42,389 nt of DNA from Octopus bimaculoides (taxonomy: Eukaryota). The translations under genes were made by a program, and so were the position numbers. The stretch lies in the NCBI RefSeq assembly GCF_001194135.2, contig NC_068989.1, positions 42,605,726-42,648,114 of the forward strand. Reading direction: 5' to 3'. This document shows positions 11,878 to 23,099 of the stretch, one piece after another; position 1 is the first letter of the stretch; every line of letters starts with the position of its first letter. The notes beneath the pieces were generated by a model. The model was not told the DNA's origin. It worked only from the letters and a program-made list of their open reading frames with translations, and searched no databases.

Positions 11878-12870
11878 TTTCATTTACTATATTCATGACA
11901 TTGCTTCTTATCAGCAACACCTTGTCAAATTTCGCGTAACGTTTTCACTCAACAAGGCAATCAGACTTCGCGATTACATACAGAAGACAAATATAATAGA
12001 AGTGATATACATTACTTCCGAAACATTCATACGTGGAAGACTTCGTAGGTAAAGAAAGGAAACAAACGGGTGACAAACGTATTTAGATGATACTTGAGCT
12101 GGAAATTTTCACAGTAAATCATATTAATTTACGAACAAGAAATAACGTAATTTTCGTCTTCTAAACTACCCGAAAAGCAACAGAACAAAAATACTTAAAA
12201 TGGAGTATTCGCTGGATATTTGGGAGTAGCAGCCAACTTTAGACACGACGTCCCCAGTCGCTATCGGAAAAAATCTCCAGACACGCAAACTCATGTACAA
12301 CTCGCAAGAGCCTTACTATAATAGTATCCGAAAACATTATCTCTCCTCACCAGTACACACAAACAATCTGTTCGGATGCACGCCACCAATAATAAAGTTA
12401 GAGGAATAGAAGTTGTCGCACTCCGGCTGGTTCTACCGTAGCCATCAACAGAATCTGCAGGTGGATAACGATAGACTGTCCCCGTGGTTGTTCGATCTGC
12501 TAGAAATATCAGCCAAATCTAGTTGCATCTCACTGTGCTGGAAAAGGTATTGCGGGCATATTGGTAATTTTAGTCTTAGATATAGAGAGAGATAGGGTGA
12601 TCTTTTTAAAGCTGAACTGATACTAAACAAAAACAATAATAGTAGCAATAAGAAGGATGAACTACTACTAATACCATTACCAAATACCAATAATAATGAC
12701 AACAGCATCGATGACCATTGGAGAAAGAGCAAAATGCTATCACAATGCACATACCATTGGAGAAAGTGTAATGGGCTATTACGATTCACACAAGCAATTA
12801 ACCACTTTATGTTCAAATGTACGGAATTGCAGATATAAAGGACATGCCTAGCGGTCCTGTTGATTGCCTG

Positions 12871-12985
12871 TGTGTTCACTTCCCCGTAACTTAGCCGTTC
12901 GGCAAAAGTAACTGATAGAATAAGTACTAGTCTTACAAAGAATAAGTCCTGGGGTCGATTTCTTCGACGGAAAAATCATTTAAGG
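12871..12985 (+). mobile_element. Family A SINE, 3' fragment
   Basis: Near-identical to about 13372-13486 of the adjacent copy. Confidence 0.85.
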
Positions 12986-13122
12986 CTCTGACATAGCAAT
13001 GCAATTCAAACCACAGTGAAATAAACAGTAAAATCTTGCTAGAAATAGCAGTAAAATCAGTTACAAATTGTGTCCTACAACCTTAGAAAGGGAAATATCG
13101 AATAATATTAACCTCAGGTACT

Positions 13123-13267
13123 GGCGTGGCTGTGTGGTAAGAAGCTTGCTTCCCAACCACATGGTTCCGTGGCACCTTGAGCAAGTGTCTTCTACTATAG
13201 CCTCGGACCGATCAAAGCATTGTGAGTGGATTTGGTAGACGGAAACTGAAAGGTGCCCGTCATATGT

Positions 13268-13334
<67 letters not shown>

Positions 13335-13536
13335 TGTTTGTCCCTCACTATCGTTTGACAACCAATGTTGGTGTGTTCACCTCCCCGTAACTTCTCAGTT
13401 CGGCAAAAGAGACTGATAGAATAAGTACTAGTCTTACAAAGAATAAGTCCTGAGGTCGATTTCTTCGACTGAAAAACCATTTAAGGCGGTGCTCCAGCAT
13501 GGTTGTAGTCGAATGAGTGAAACAAGTAAACGAGTA
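13123..13536 (+). mobile_element. Family A tRNA-derived SINE, near full length, B box deleted
   Basis: A-box head GGCGTGGCTGTGTGGTAAG. Relative to the 33033-33475 copy, the 17 nt GGGTTCACTCCCACTGC (B box) is missing near 13169. It has a CORE-like CCTTGAGCAAGTGTC, an internal (GT)n at about 13262-13335 and a 3' body matching 1-187. Confidence 0.9.
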
Positions 13537-13654
13537 GAGATACTATATTTGTGTGAAAGACTGGAATGTGATCACAAAGATGTTTTTACTAACAACACCA
13601 GCAACAATAACATATCGGTAATAATAGCAAGTGTGGGAAGTTGCAAGTGTTCAT

Positions 13655-14345
13655 TCTAGGATCCTCTGACTTCAATGAGCTTGTTGAAACGCTCCAGCCA
13701 CTTCATAAAAGTCTCCTCGGAAGTCATCCAAAGTGAAGGTGTCCAGAGCCCTTGTCACATATCTCCTTCATCTCCTTCAGCTTGAAGAACAATAAAAAGT
13801 TACAGGGAAGAAGATCTGGACTGTAAGGAGAGTGAGGAACAGTTTTTGTGCTCATCTCTGTCAAATAGTTGGTTACCAAAATGAAATTGTGGACTAGTGC
13901 TTTATTCTGGTGCAGGTGTTCAAGCCATTTGTCTCGAAATCTCTTACTCTGCTCCCTCAAAGCCTCCACAAAACATTCTTTGTTGGCCGTCTGGCCAGAG
14001 GGAACCCAGTGGATATAGATGATGTCCTTGCTATCGAAAAAGGGGATCATCATGAGCTTCCTAGTGAACTTGCATTGGTTGCCCTCTTGTGCCAGAAGGA
14101 AACAGACTCTAAGCTATAGAAGTTAATCAAGAAACAGTCTGGTGTACCTCATAAGTTTCTGTAGTTTTTTTTGCCCAGATAAACAAAACTTTCTTGCATA
14201 GCGAGCTTCCAGACGTTTCGTCCACATTCTTCAAACTAGTCAGCTGTGACAAGCAGTGTTTAATAGGATATATTCAAAATGTTGTTACAATTGTCTCCAT
14301 CAATCTGATATAACTAAAGTTGGCAGGTAAACTTATTAGATGTAT
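13655..14345 (-). mobile_element. Mariner transposon, internally deleted and inactive
   Basis: ORF 13724-14053 contains KLMMIPFFDSK..IYIHWVP.GQT.N and PHSPYSPDLLPCNF. The N-terminus MWTKRLEARYARKFC / TETYE reads from about 14230, and C-terminal KWLERFNKLIEVRGS lies near 13660. The left (5') boundary is approximate. Confidence 0.88.
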
Positions 14346-14481
14346 ATTGATGATATACTGAAATTACAATAATCAAGGACAGGTATGACTGTCTCTTCTA
14401 AAAAAAAAAGTCGCAAAAACGTCTGGAATGCAGCTTGTATATATTGTATAATACAATGAATTTGAAGACCTAAAAATCATG

Positions 14482-14567
14482 TCATAATAACATAATTCAC
14501 TCATCAGACATATTAGCAACGACATAAATTGTTTAATATGTCTGATGAATGATTTCTGTAATTATGA
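14482..14567. other. Long imperfect hairpin (about 38 bp stem, 9-nt loop)
   Basis: 14482-14515 pairs with 14534-14567 (30 of 34 Watson-Crick). GCAA/TTGT extends it past a 1-nt bulge; the loop is CGACATAAA. Confidence 0.85.
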
Positions 14568-15539
14568 AATAATTTCATGAAACGATTTTTAATGTTTTGA
14601 AATTGATTGAATCTTATTGAACTCTATAAATCGTGTTTGAGTTTACGTTAAACTTGATACAAATATTACTGACTATATACTCAATGTATGAACAAATATA
14701 AGCATAAATATATATAAATACATATATGCATGCATACACACATTTCAGCAAAGCACGTACATTCATACTAATATTATTTCAATGCTAACATATAGCAATC
14801 ATTAAGTAATCGTATAGAAACTTCAATTATAAATATGACAGTTCTCGTATCAAATTATTATTGAATGATGGCAGAATTACAATGATTCTTTCTGCAGTCA
14901 AATGTACCAAGCCTATATTTCAAAGATATTATTGTCTCATTCTTCATATCCTGCAATTGTTCTTTTGCATGTAATATTTAACGTGTTTCGACAGTACAAA
15001 AGTCGCAGAATGGTTTGTTGCATCTGTAATATATAGGATAAGTAATTATATTTCATTTCAGATCATGCAGTATATTGTGGTCCACACATATTCGCAAAGT
15101 GGTGCAGTGCATCACCTTGCTATATTTCTAAATGAATGAATATACCGCTAGTATCCTAATTTTAAAATGTTCTCAGGAAATTCTATACAAGGCATAACAA
15201 CGGTTTGGGTTCTAACTGGAAGTTATATATAATTTATTAAGCTATACAATTCGAATTAATTAGATAAGTAAGTGTTATACGACCATGCATTTATGGCTCA
15301 TACTATTATTACTATTTGAAGCAACAATTAATCTAGCTAAGCTGTGGCAAGCTACACACTGCACTAAACTGAAGGTAGTAAAATAACAGAATCTAATCTT
15401 ATGAATTTATAATATTTACAATATGACAGTCAAGAAATACTTATTAAACGAGGAGGTAATTGCAGAAATAGATGTAGAAACGTCTCTGTTGAATGGAAGT
15501 AACCCTCGTAATGTCTCCAAGTCGGTTACAGTTATACAA

Positions 15540-15619
15540 AACAACACATGATCAATTCAGCACAATGCGAAAAAATAAGCTGTAGATTTGACAAAGAAAT
15601 CTGAGTGCTAAAGGGTTAA
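15540..15619. mobile_element. Possible piggyBac-like MITE end
   Basis: Ends CTGAGTGCTAAAGGG-TTAA, i.e. TTAA followed by a CCC-starting TIR on the minus strand; no convincing partner end. Confidence 0.35.
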
Positions 15620-16483
15620 AACTTTTCATCAAACATGTCAAGCGAAGTAATGTAGAATGTTTTCGTTAAAACCATCCTTCTTACGTGATTCATTATAGCA
15701 AGGAGCATAAATAAATGTTAAATACTGCCTCCATATCGAAATATTCGATTTACAAAGAGACATTTTAAACTAAATTCTCTGTTTTAGGGTGGCCGGAGGT
15801 TTTATTAATATAATATAAAACTTCATTGGGCTTTTTGTGGATCAAATGACTAGTTAAGATTCATATTCACATTTAAAGCATAAGGAAATTTCAAATGGGT
15901 TTATAAAGTTATTCCCCTTAAACAGTATAAGTAAAGCCTTTCTAATCCTATTGGTGTTTTGCGAGTTGAGTTATTTACATGCAATAAAACGTCATCGCAA
16001 GGCAAATCACCTAATAGCTTCCTGCATATTCATCTAAAGGCTTAAACCAAGTTAATTTCAACTTTGGATATTATAGAATCTAAAATCTTCTTGCTCACTT
16101 TTGCACGTTTTGATTTTGTTGGGTTGATAAGTCCTATTTAGATGTTTTATGAAATTTTAGATAGCTGTACAGAGATTTAAGGTAGAGAGATGCAGATGCA
16201 TCTTAGTGTTATGACTGAAATAAAACAATATCTACAAAAAATAATTCGGTGCAAGATTGTAAAATTTGATATATCTAAATTCATAGCTAGATATTTTTTA
16301 TTGTAAATTTTAACACGTAACACGTAAAGATGGAATGGAAGATTTTATTACTTTCAGGACTAAGAAAAGGCGAAGCACCAGCCGTGGCAGCAGTAGCTGC
16401 ATTAATGGTGTAACTAAAGGAATTTATACACCTATAACGCCATATTTATTAACACAGAGAAACAAAGGGAAAGAGAAACAAAG

Positions 16484-16518
<35 letters not shown>

Positions 16519-17089
16519 ATGACAAACAGGGAGATAAATAGACAGTTAGAAATAGAGATAGAGATGCAGAACACGCACAAAAGGTAAAATATTTGCATGA
16601 ATGTTTGTGCTTTCATATTTATATGCCTACTTAAATCTATATAGCTACATGTGCATCTGTGTATCTTTGCGTGAGTACCTACATATATATACATACACAG
16701 ATACACACAGAGGCATATATATACACATGTATATGTATATACATACATACATATATTTATGTATATACATACATACATATATATATAGTCACACTCAGAC
16801 ACACACACACACACACATACATATTGATATATATTCATATGTATACTCCTGCATATATATACGTAAATAAATATGCATATATCCATACAGATGAGTGTAT
16901 TTATGCATATATTTTAAACACGGTCGTACAGGAGAGATGAGAATGCTTCTTCCCTCGCAATAGCAGTGATTGTAACTGGAGAAGATGGTTATTTGGTTTG
17001 GAAGAGCACACAGACTATTCTGTTGTCCAAGGTCAGAAATAACCATCAGATTGATTTCCGTTTAGCTGCGTAAAACACGAAGTAGCATA

Positions 17090-17935
17090 GTAATAGCAAC
17101 AACAACAATTATGGCAGTAACAACAACAACAATAACAACAACAACAACAACAACAGCGCAAACAACAGCAACAACAAAACAAATAACCATAAAAGAAAGC
17201 AAAAAAAGTAAGAATAACAATTATATCAACGATTACAAGATCAATACAATTAGGAAATACCGCTGGCACTACTAAAAAATGCAAGGTCTTCGATGACATC
17301 GCCATCATCATCATCATCATCATCATTATCATCATCATCTTCATCATCATCAACAACAACATCATCATCGTCGTCGTTGTCATCATCATCACTGCCACCA
17401 TCATCATCATTTTCATGAGCATCGCTACCATCATCATCGCTATCCCCGTCATAATGGTTATGATCATCTTGTTCCCTGCTATCATCAATATCGTCATCAT
17501 CATCGTAATTGTCATCATCATCGTCGTCATCATCATCATCATCATCATCATTTCCGTCGTCGTCGTCCCCCTCTTTATCATCATCAACAGTAATAATAAC
17601 GTAGTAGTAGTGAACATGATACTTATCTTGCAACTGAAGCAAAAAGTAGTTAGAATTACATCAGCGGGAAAAGATGATGATGATGATGATGATGATGATG
17701 AGGAGGAGGAGGAGGAGGAGGATAGTGGTGGTGGTGGTGGTGGTGGTGGTGGTGGTGGTGGTGGTGGTGGTGATGGTAGTGTTGATACTGATAATGATGA
17801 AGATGATGGTGTTGGTGGTGACGACGGTAGTTATGATGATGATCAACATCATGACTACTATTACGATGACAGGGACGAGGACGATGATGGTGATGACGAT
17901 GGTGATGATGATGATGATAATGATAAGTGATGATG
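17090..17935. repeat. Compound trinucleotide island (AAC, ATC, GAT, GAG, GGT)
   Basis: Visible repeats; the orientation switches from CAT-type to GAT-type around 17600-17670. Confidence 0.95.
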
Positions 17936-18250
17936 TACGAAAAGCGTCACGAGAAGGAGACGGAAAAAATGGTGGAGATGGAAGAAGCATGATAAAAAAG
18001 AAACAAAACAAAAGTGAGATTACTACTAAAAAATGAAGTAAAAAGAAAAAAAAATATACAGAAATGACATAAGAATAAAAATAAGACAAGGTTTGAGAAG
18101 AGGTAGATGAAAAAATAACAGTAACAACAGCAACATTGACAATAAGGATTGTTGGTATTGAAATAATATGAACAACAAACGTTGCATGGAAACGAGCAGC
18201 AATTTGCAATAATAACAAGAGCGATAGTAGCTGTTGAAACGAAACAGCAG

Positions 18251-18255
18251 CTAGC

Positions 18256-18318
<63 letters not shown>

Positions 18319-18510
18319 TCACCACTACACCGCTATTACTGCTACTATCACCACCACCACTGCTACCACCACCAACATCACCAACACCACCACTACAACC
18401 ACTACCACCACCACTACGACCAGCACCACCACCAGCACCACCACCAGCACCACCAGTACCACTATCACCACTACCACCACTACTACCACCACCACCACCA
18501 CCACTACTCC
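18251..18510. repeat. (TAC)n then (CAC/ACC)n microsatellite
   Basis: Visible repeat. Confidence 0.95.
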
Positions 18511-18531
18511 TAACAAAAACAACAGCAGCAA

Positions 18532-18745
18532 GGGTTTCAAATTTTGGCACAAGGCCAGCATTTTCAGGGAGGGGCTAAGTATAACATATGGATCCCAGTA
18601 CTCAACTGGTACTTATTTTGTTGACCCTGGAAGTATGAAAGGAAAATCGACTACAGCGGCATTTGAACTCAGAACATAAAGACGGACGAAATGCCATTAA
18701 GTATTTCGCCCGGCCTGCTAACAATTCTGCCAAGCTCGCTACCTT

Positions 18746-18747
<2 letters not shown>
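18532..18747 (-). mobile_element. Family B SINE, full length
   Basis: Head, B-box-like GAGTTCAAATG, AAAATAAGTACCAG and TTTGAAACC tail all present; flanked by trinucleotide tracts on both sides. Confidence 0.9.
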
Positions 18748-18819
<72 letters not shown>

Positions 18820-18853
18820 NNNNNNNNNNAATAATAATAATAATAATAATAAT
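18748..18853. repeat. (AAC)n(AAT)n microsatellite with a 10-N gap
   Basis: Visible repeat. Confidence 0.95.
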
Positions 18854-18863
18854 AAATGCCCGG

Positions 18864-19191
18864 ATGCAGTACCAGGCAGTGGCTTCCATGGCTTCTGATC
18901 TTAACTGATTGGAAGTGTTATCATGTACACGCTTTGTCTTGGTATAAAAGATGGGCTACAGCTAGTATTCTGCTCAATACAACAGATTTGCTTGTCAGTT
19001 GTTTGACCATAACCAGTTGAGTATATCCCTTGGTGGCTGAGGATATATGCATCTCTGATCATGAGCAGAAGTAGTGGGGGAGCATCATAGCCATGTGTTG
19101 AGAGAAATTCTCTGGAGTTTGAATAATTCACTTCTGGAAACATGGATATTTCGCTCGACGTACTCAAACAACCCTTATTCAAAGACCATTT
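18864..19191 (-). mobile_element. Partial copy of the (AAT)n-embedded non-coding element (element X)
   Basis: Colinear with about 32272-32592; truncated where the Penelope fragment begins. Confidence 0.85.
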
Positions 19192-19920
19192 AGAGTGGGG
19201 TGAGCTAATGCAATAGATAAGGCTTGAAGCGGTGCAGGAGAAAGAGTTTCTAATGTGGAGAGCGTGCTGGTTGGATCCAGTGAGGGGGTGGTGTTGGTGA
19301 TGAAACGGCAGGTGTTGTAGCGGGATCTAGAGCAAGAGAAGGATCTGGGTGGTGCTGGAGGGAAGAGGAGAATGTGCTACAGACCAGTAGATCCCTTAGG
19401 TTACGGATGCCTTTAAAGGAAGAGAAGGGCGGGTTGGGGAAATGGTGAGGATGGTGGGATCTAGTTGGAGACGGTGGAAGACCTGTAGGATCCTCCGATG
19501 AATGGGTAGAATGGAGGGATGGAAAAGGAGGGAAAAGGGTGTGCGGTTAGGTGATTGGTGTGGAGAAGGATAGAGGGCCGTGGTGCGATCGATTAGACGA
19601 GCGCGAGCAAGAGCGCTTTGGACAAGGGTTGAGGAGTATCCTCGATGCATGAACAGGCGGGCAAGGTACTTAGACTGGGTATCGAAATCATGGTCCCGGC
19701 TGCACAAACGTCGGAAGCGGAGGGGCTGGGAGCAGGAGATGGCCCGTTTGGTGTGGGAGGGTTAGGAGGAGGAAAAGTTGAGGTAGAGGTGGGAATCCGT
19801 GGGTTTGAAGAAGGCGGAGGTGGTGAGAGAGTGGGAGGGGAGGTCAATGGTAAGAGAGATATCTAGGAAGTTAACCTAGGTGTTAGAGATGGTAGAGGTA
19901 AACTGGAGAGTAGGGTGAAA
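19192..19920 (-). mobile_element. Penelope-like retroelement fragment (RT thumb, Cys linker, start of GIY-YIG)
   Basis: Minus translation FHPTLQFTSTISNT*VNFLDISL..FFKPTDSHLYLNFSSS*PSHTKRAI..LRFRRLCSRDHDFDTQSKYLARLFMHRGYS.., then SFSCSRSRYNTCRFI (decayed C-x3-R-C-x-T-C) and FSCTASSLIYCIS (start of GIY-YIG); truncated at both ends. Confidence 0.9.
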
Positions 19921-19921
19921 G

Positions 19922-22759
19922 TTAAAGAGAAAAGAGATGAAGCGGCAGAGTTGTTCGCGAGAGAGGGAGGTGACGCCTATACAGTCGTCTATGTAACAAC
20001 CGTATTGCTCTGGGGAAATTGAACCAAGAAAGGAAAAATGTCAATGAAATTCTGAAATACTTCAGAACAAAAGTCATCGCAGAAACAAATAATCTAATCA
20101 AGGCAGCAAGTATTGTTGCAACAGAAAATGTGGGTGTTGATGTCAAGAAAAAGAAATATAATGGGAGTGACAAAAGAAAAGATCCATGAGGCAAAAGAAG
20201 AATACAGGCGGTGTTAGGTATGTTCTTGAAGCACATTTCTGTGTTAGACCGAAAAGAAAAGGGGGAGCTTAAAAGCGAACTAAAAATACAGGACACTGAG
20301 CAGGAAGTATAATATTGAAAGAAAGGGCTTGAAAGTTGTAATGGAGGAACCGAAACAGCACCTCGCTGCAAAGAAAGCAAAGATGGTAAGATACGACCGA
20401 AGAATTAAGGGTTACCAGCAGAATAGGTTATTCAGAGTAGATCAGAAGAGACTCTACAAAGAAATAAATGGAGAGTGTACAGATGAAAAGTTGATACCAG
20501 ATAACATTGAAAGTCAAAGGTTTTAGAGTGACATCTGGAGCAAAAACAAGGAGCACAGGAAGGATGCTGAATGGTTGCAAGAACTGAAACAAACAGTAGT
20601 CTGTCCAAAACAGGCAGAACTAGTCATTTCAGTTAGTGAAGTGAAGGAAATCAGCAAAAACAAAAAAATAAAAATGGGCAACTGGAAAGCTCCGGGACCA
20701 GATGGATTTAAAGGCTACTGGATCAAAAGATTTGGTGAATGTCATGCACGAATAGCTGTGCAACTCAACACCTTGTTAAATGCCAATCAAGTAACACCAT
20801 AGTGGTTGACAATGGGTAGGACAGTGCTGTGCTTGAAAAACATCGAAAACTGCAATATGGTAGATAATTACAGGCCGATATCCTGCTTTCCAATAAAGTG
20901 GAAATTATTGACTGAATTACTCGCAGAGTTAATGTACGGACATCTGAAAAATAAAGAAAATGGAGTCCTGCCACATGTGCAGAAGGTTTGCAAGCTTAAG
21001 TGCAGAGGTACCAAGGATCAACTCCTGATAAACAAAACTGCACTTAGAGACTGCAAGAGGAGGAAAAGTAACTTAACCATGTCATGGATCGATTATCGTA
21101 AGGCGTACGATATGATCCCACATTCTTGGATTATGGAATGTATGAATCTATTTGATATTGCAACGAATGTTGAGCGATTGCTTTGAAAAAGAGGACGGAA
21201 TTGGCAGTGTATGGAAGAAGTTTAGGGACAGTAGAAATCGGGAGAGGCATTTTCCAAGGGGACTGTTTGTCCCCCACTGATCTTTGTACTGTGTATGATA
21301 CCACTAACACTGATTCTGAGGAAAGCAAAAGCTGGGTATGTATTCAAAAGCCGCCAACAAAAAGTTAACCACTTGTCATTCATGGATGACCTCAAACTTT
21401 ATGGTAGAGATGAATCCTAAGTCAATTCCCTCGTTGATACAGTGTATACTTTCAGTGCTGATATCAGAATGAAGGTTCGACTGAAAAAGTATGGTGTGTT
21501 AGTCTTGAAGAGAGGCAAAATCAAATGTATGGACGGACTAGCGATACTGTCGGGGGAGGTTGTGAAGCAGATAGAAGAGACGGGCTATACGTACTTGGAG
21601 ATATCGGAAAATTGATGGAGAAAGGAATGAGAGAAAAATTTAAGGTGGAGTACTTGCGTAGACTGACTGATCCTTAATTCGAAATTAAACCGAAGGAATA
21701 AGATCGAAGCTATCAACATCTGGGCTGTTTCACTCCTTAGATATGGAGCAGGGTTAATCGCTTGGACAGTAGACGAACTAAACATCTTAGAAAGACAAGG
21801 ACGTTGCTGACTAGATATGGGATACTCCACCCAAAAAGTGACACAGACAGACTGTATGTATCAAGAAACAGAGGGGGAAGAAGCCTGATTGGATATGAAC
21901 ACAGCATTAGAACAGAAGAAAACAACATAGCATGGTATGTAAAAATGCCACAGAACCACTATTATTGTTGGATGGAAGATTGCAAAGATAAAGCATTGTC
22001 CAAGCACTTGAGAATGAATGAAACAGAAAATAGGTGGATAAAGAAAAGAAGGCATGTACAATTTCATAGGCATGTTGAAGATAAAACAAACAGAGAAAAA
22101 AGATGGATATGGATGACTAAAAACCTGAAACGGAGGCTCTAATTTGTGCTGCCCAAGAGCAAGCACTAAGAAAGAATATAAGAGACGTCATGACAATATA
22201 GCAAAGATTGTCCATTTGATACTTTGCAACAAGTATGGACTTGACAGCAAAAAAGTGGTACGAACATAAACCCGAAGGTATCATCGAAAATGATAATGCA
22301 AAGATCCTATAGGATTTTATGATTCAGTGAGACCATGAGATAGAGAATAGGAAGCCGGACATAGTCTTAATTGAGAAAGAAAGCAAACTATGCTGGATCA
22401 TAGATATAGCATATCCAGCTAAAAATAACGTATGGGATATGGAAGAAAGAAAAGTCGATAGATATAACACGTTAGCTTGGGAGGTTAAGCAGTTGCGGTC
22501 GCTGTAAACGTGGTAATAGTAGCAATAATTGTCGGAGCCCTGGGAACAGTGAGTAAAAATCTTGAGAAGTAAATGGAACAAATAGGGGCTGCAATAAGGG
22601 TGGAGCACTTGCAGAAAACAGCACTGTTTGGAACCGCTCGAATACTCTGGACGGTGCTCGAAAAATCTGAGGTGTTACCTTAGTTCACTGGTAGTGAACA
22701 GCTGGCACCGTACTATATCTCCAGCGTTAGAAGCTGTGCAAAGAAAATAAATAAATAAA

Positions 22760-22761
<2 letters not shown>
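19922..22761 (+). mobile_element. R4/Dong-clade non-LTR retrotransposon (RT + RLE endonuclease), 5'-truncated and decayed
   Basis: Motifs [60 protein letters not shown] (FMDD 21379-21390), RLYVSR..GGR, YKRRHD, RKPDIV..CWIIDIA (22349 onward) and LQKTALFGTARIL are in the expected order. There are many stops and frameshifts. The 3' end runs into (AAT)n. Confidence 0.92.
22683..22699 (+). other. Small stem-loop in the 3' UTR of the R4/Dong element
   Basis: GTTCACT-GGT-AGTGAAC, a perfect 7-bp stem right after the ORF stop. Confidence 0.5.

Positions 22762-22815
<54 letters not shown>
22762..22815. repeat. (AAT)n tract at the R4/Dong 3' junction
   Basis: Visible repeat. Confidence 0.95.
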
Positions 22816-22928
22816 CACAGCAAACCACAGCCCGTACCCAAGGCACACAGAGCTGCGCTCGGTAGTGAAGTGAAAGCACGTTATAAAAATATAACTATTG
22901 AATAATAATAATAGCAATAATGATAATA

Positions 22929-22995
22929 ATCCTTTCTACTATAGGCACAAAGCCTGAAATTTAATGGAGGAGATAATCGATTACATCGAACCCTA
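22929..22995 (-). mobile_element. Family B SINE tail fragment
   Basis: CCTTTCTACTATAGGCACAAAGCCTGAAATTT...TCGATTACATCGA matches 7022-7092. Confidence 0.65.
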
Positions 22996-23099
22996 CATGC
23001 TAAAGATTCTGCCAGCTAGGCGCCTTAACAATGAATATAACAATAACAGTAATAATAATAATAACAATAACAACAACTACAATAATAATAATAATAATA

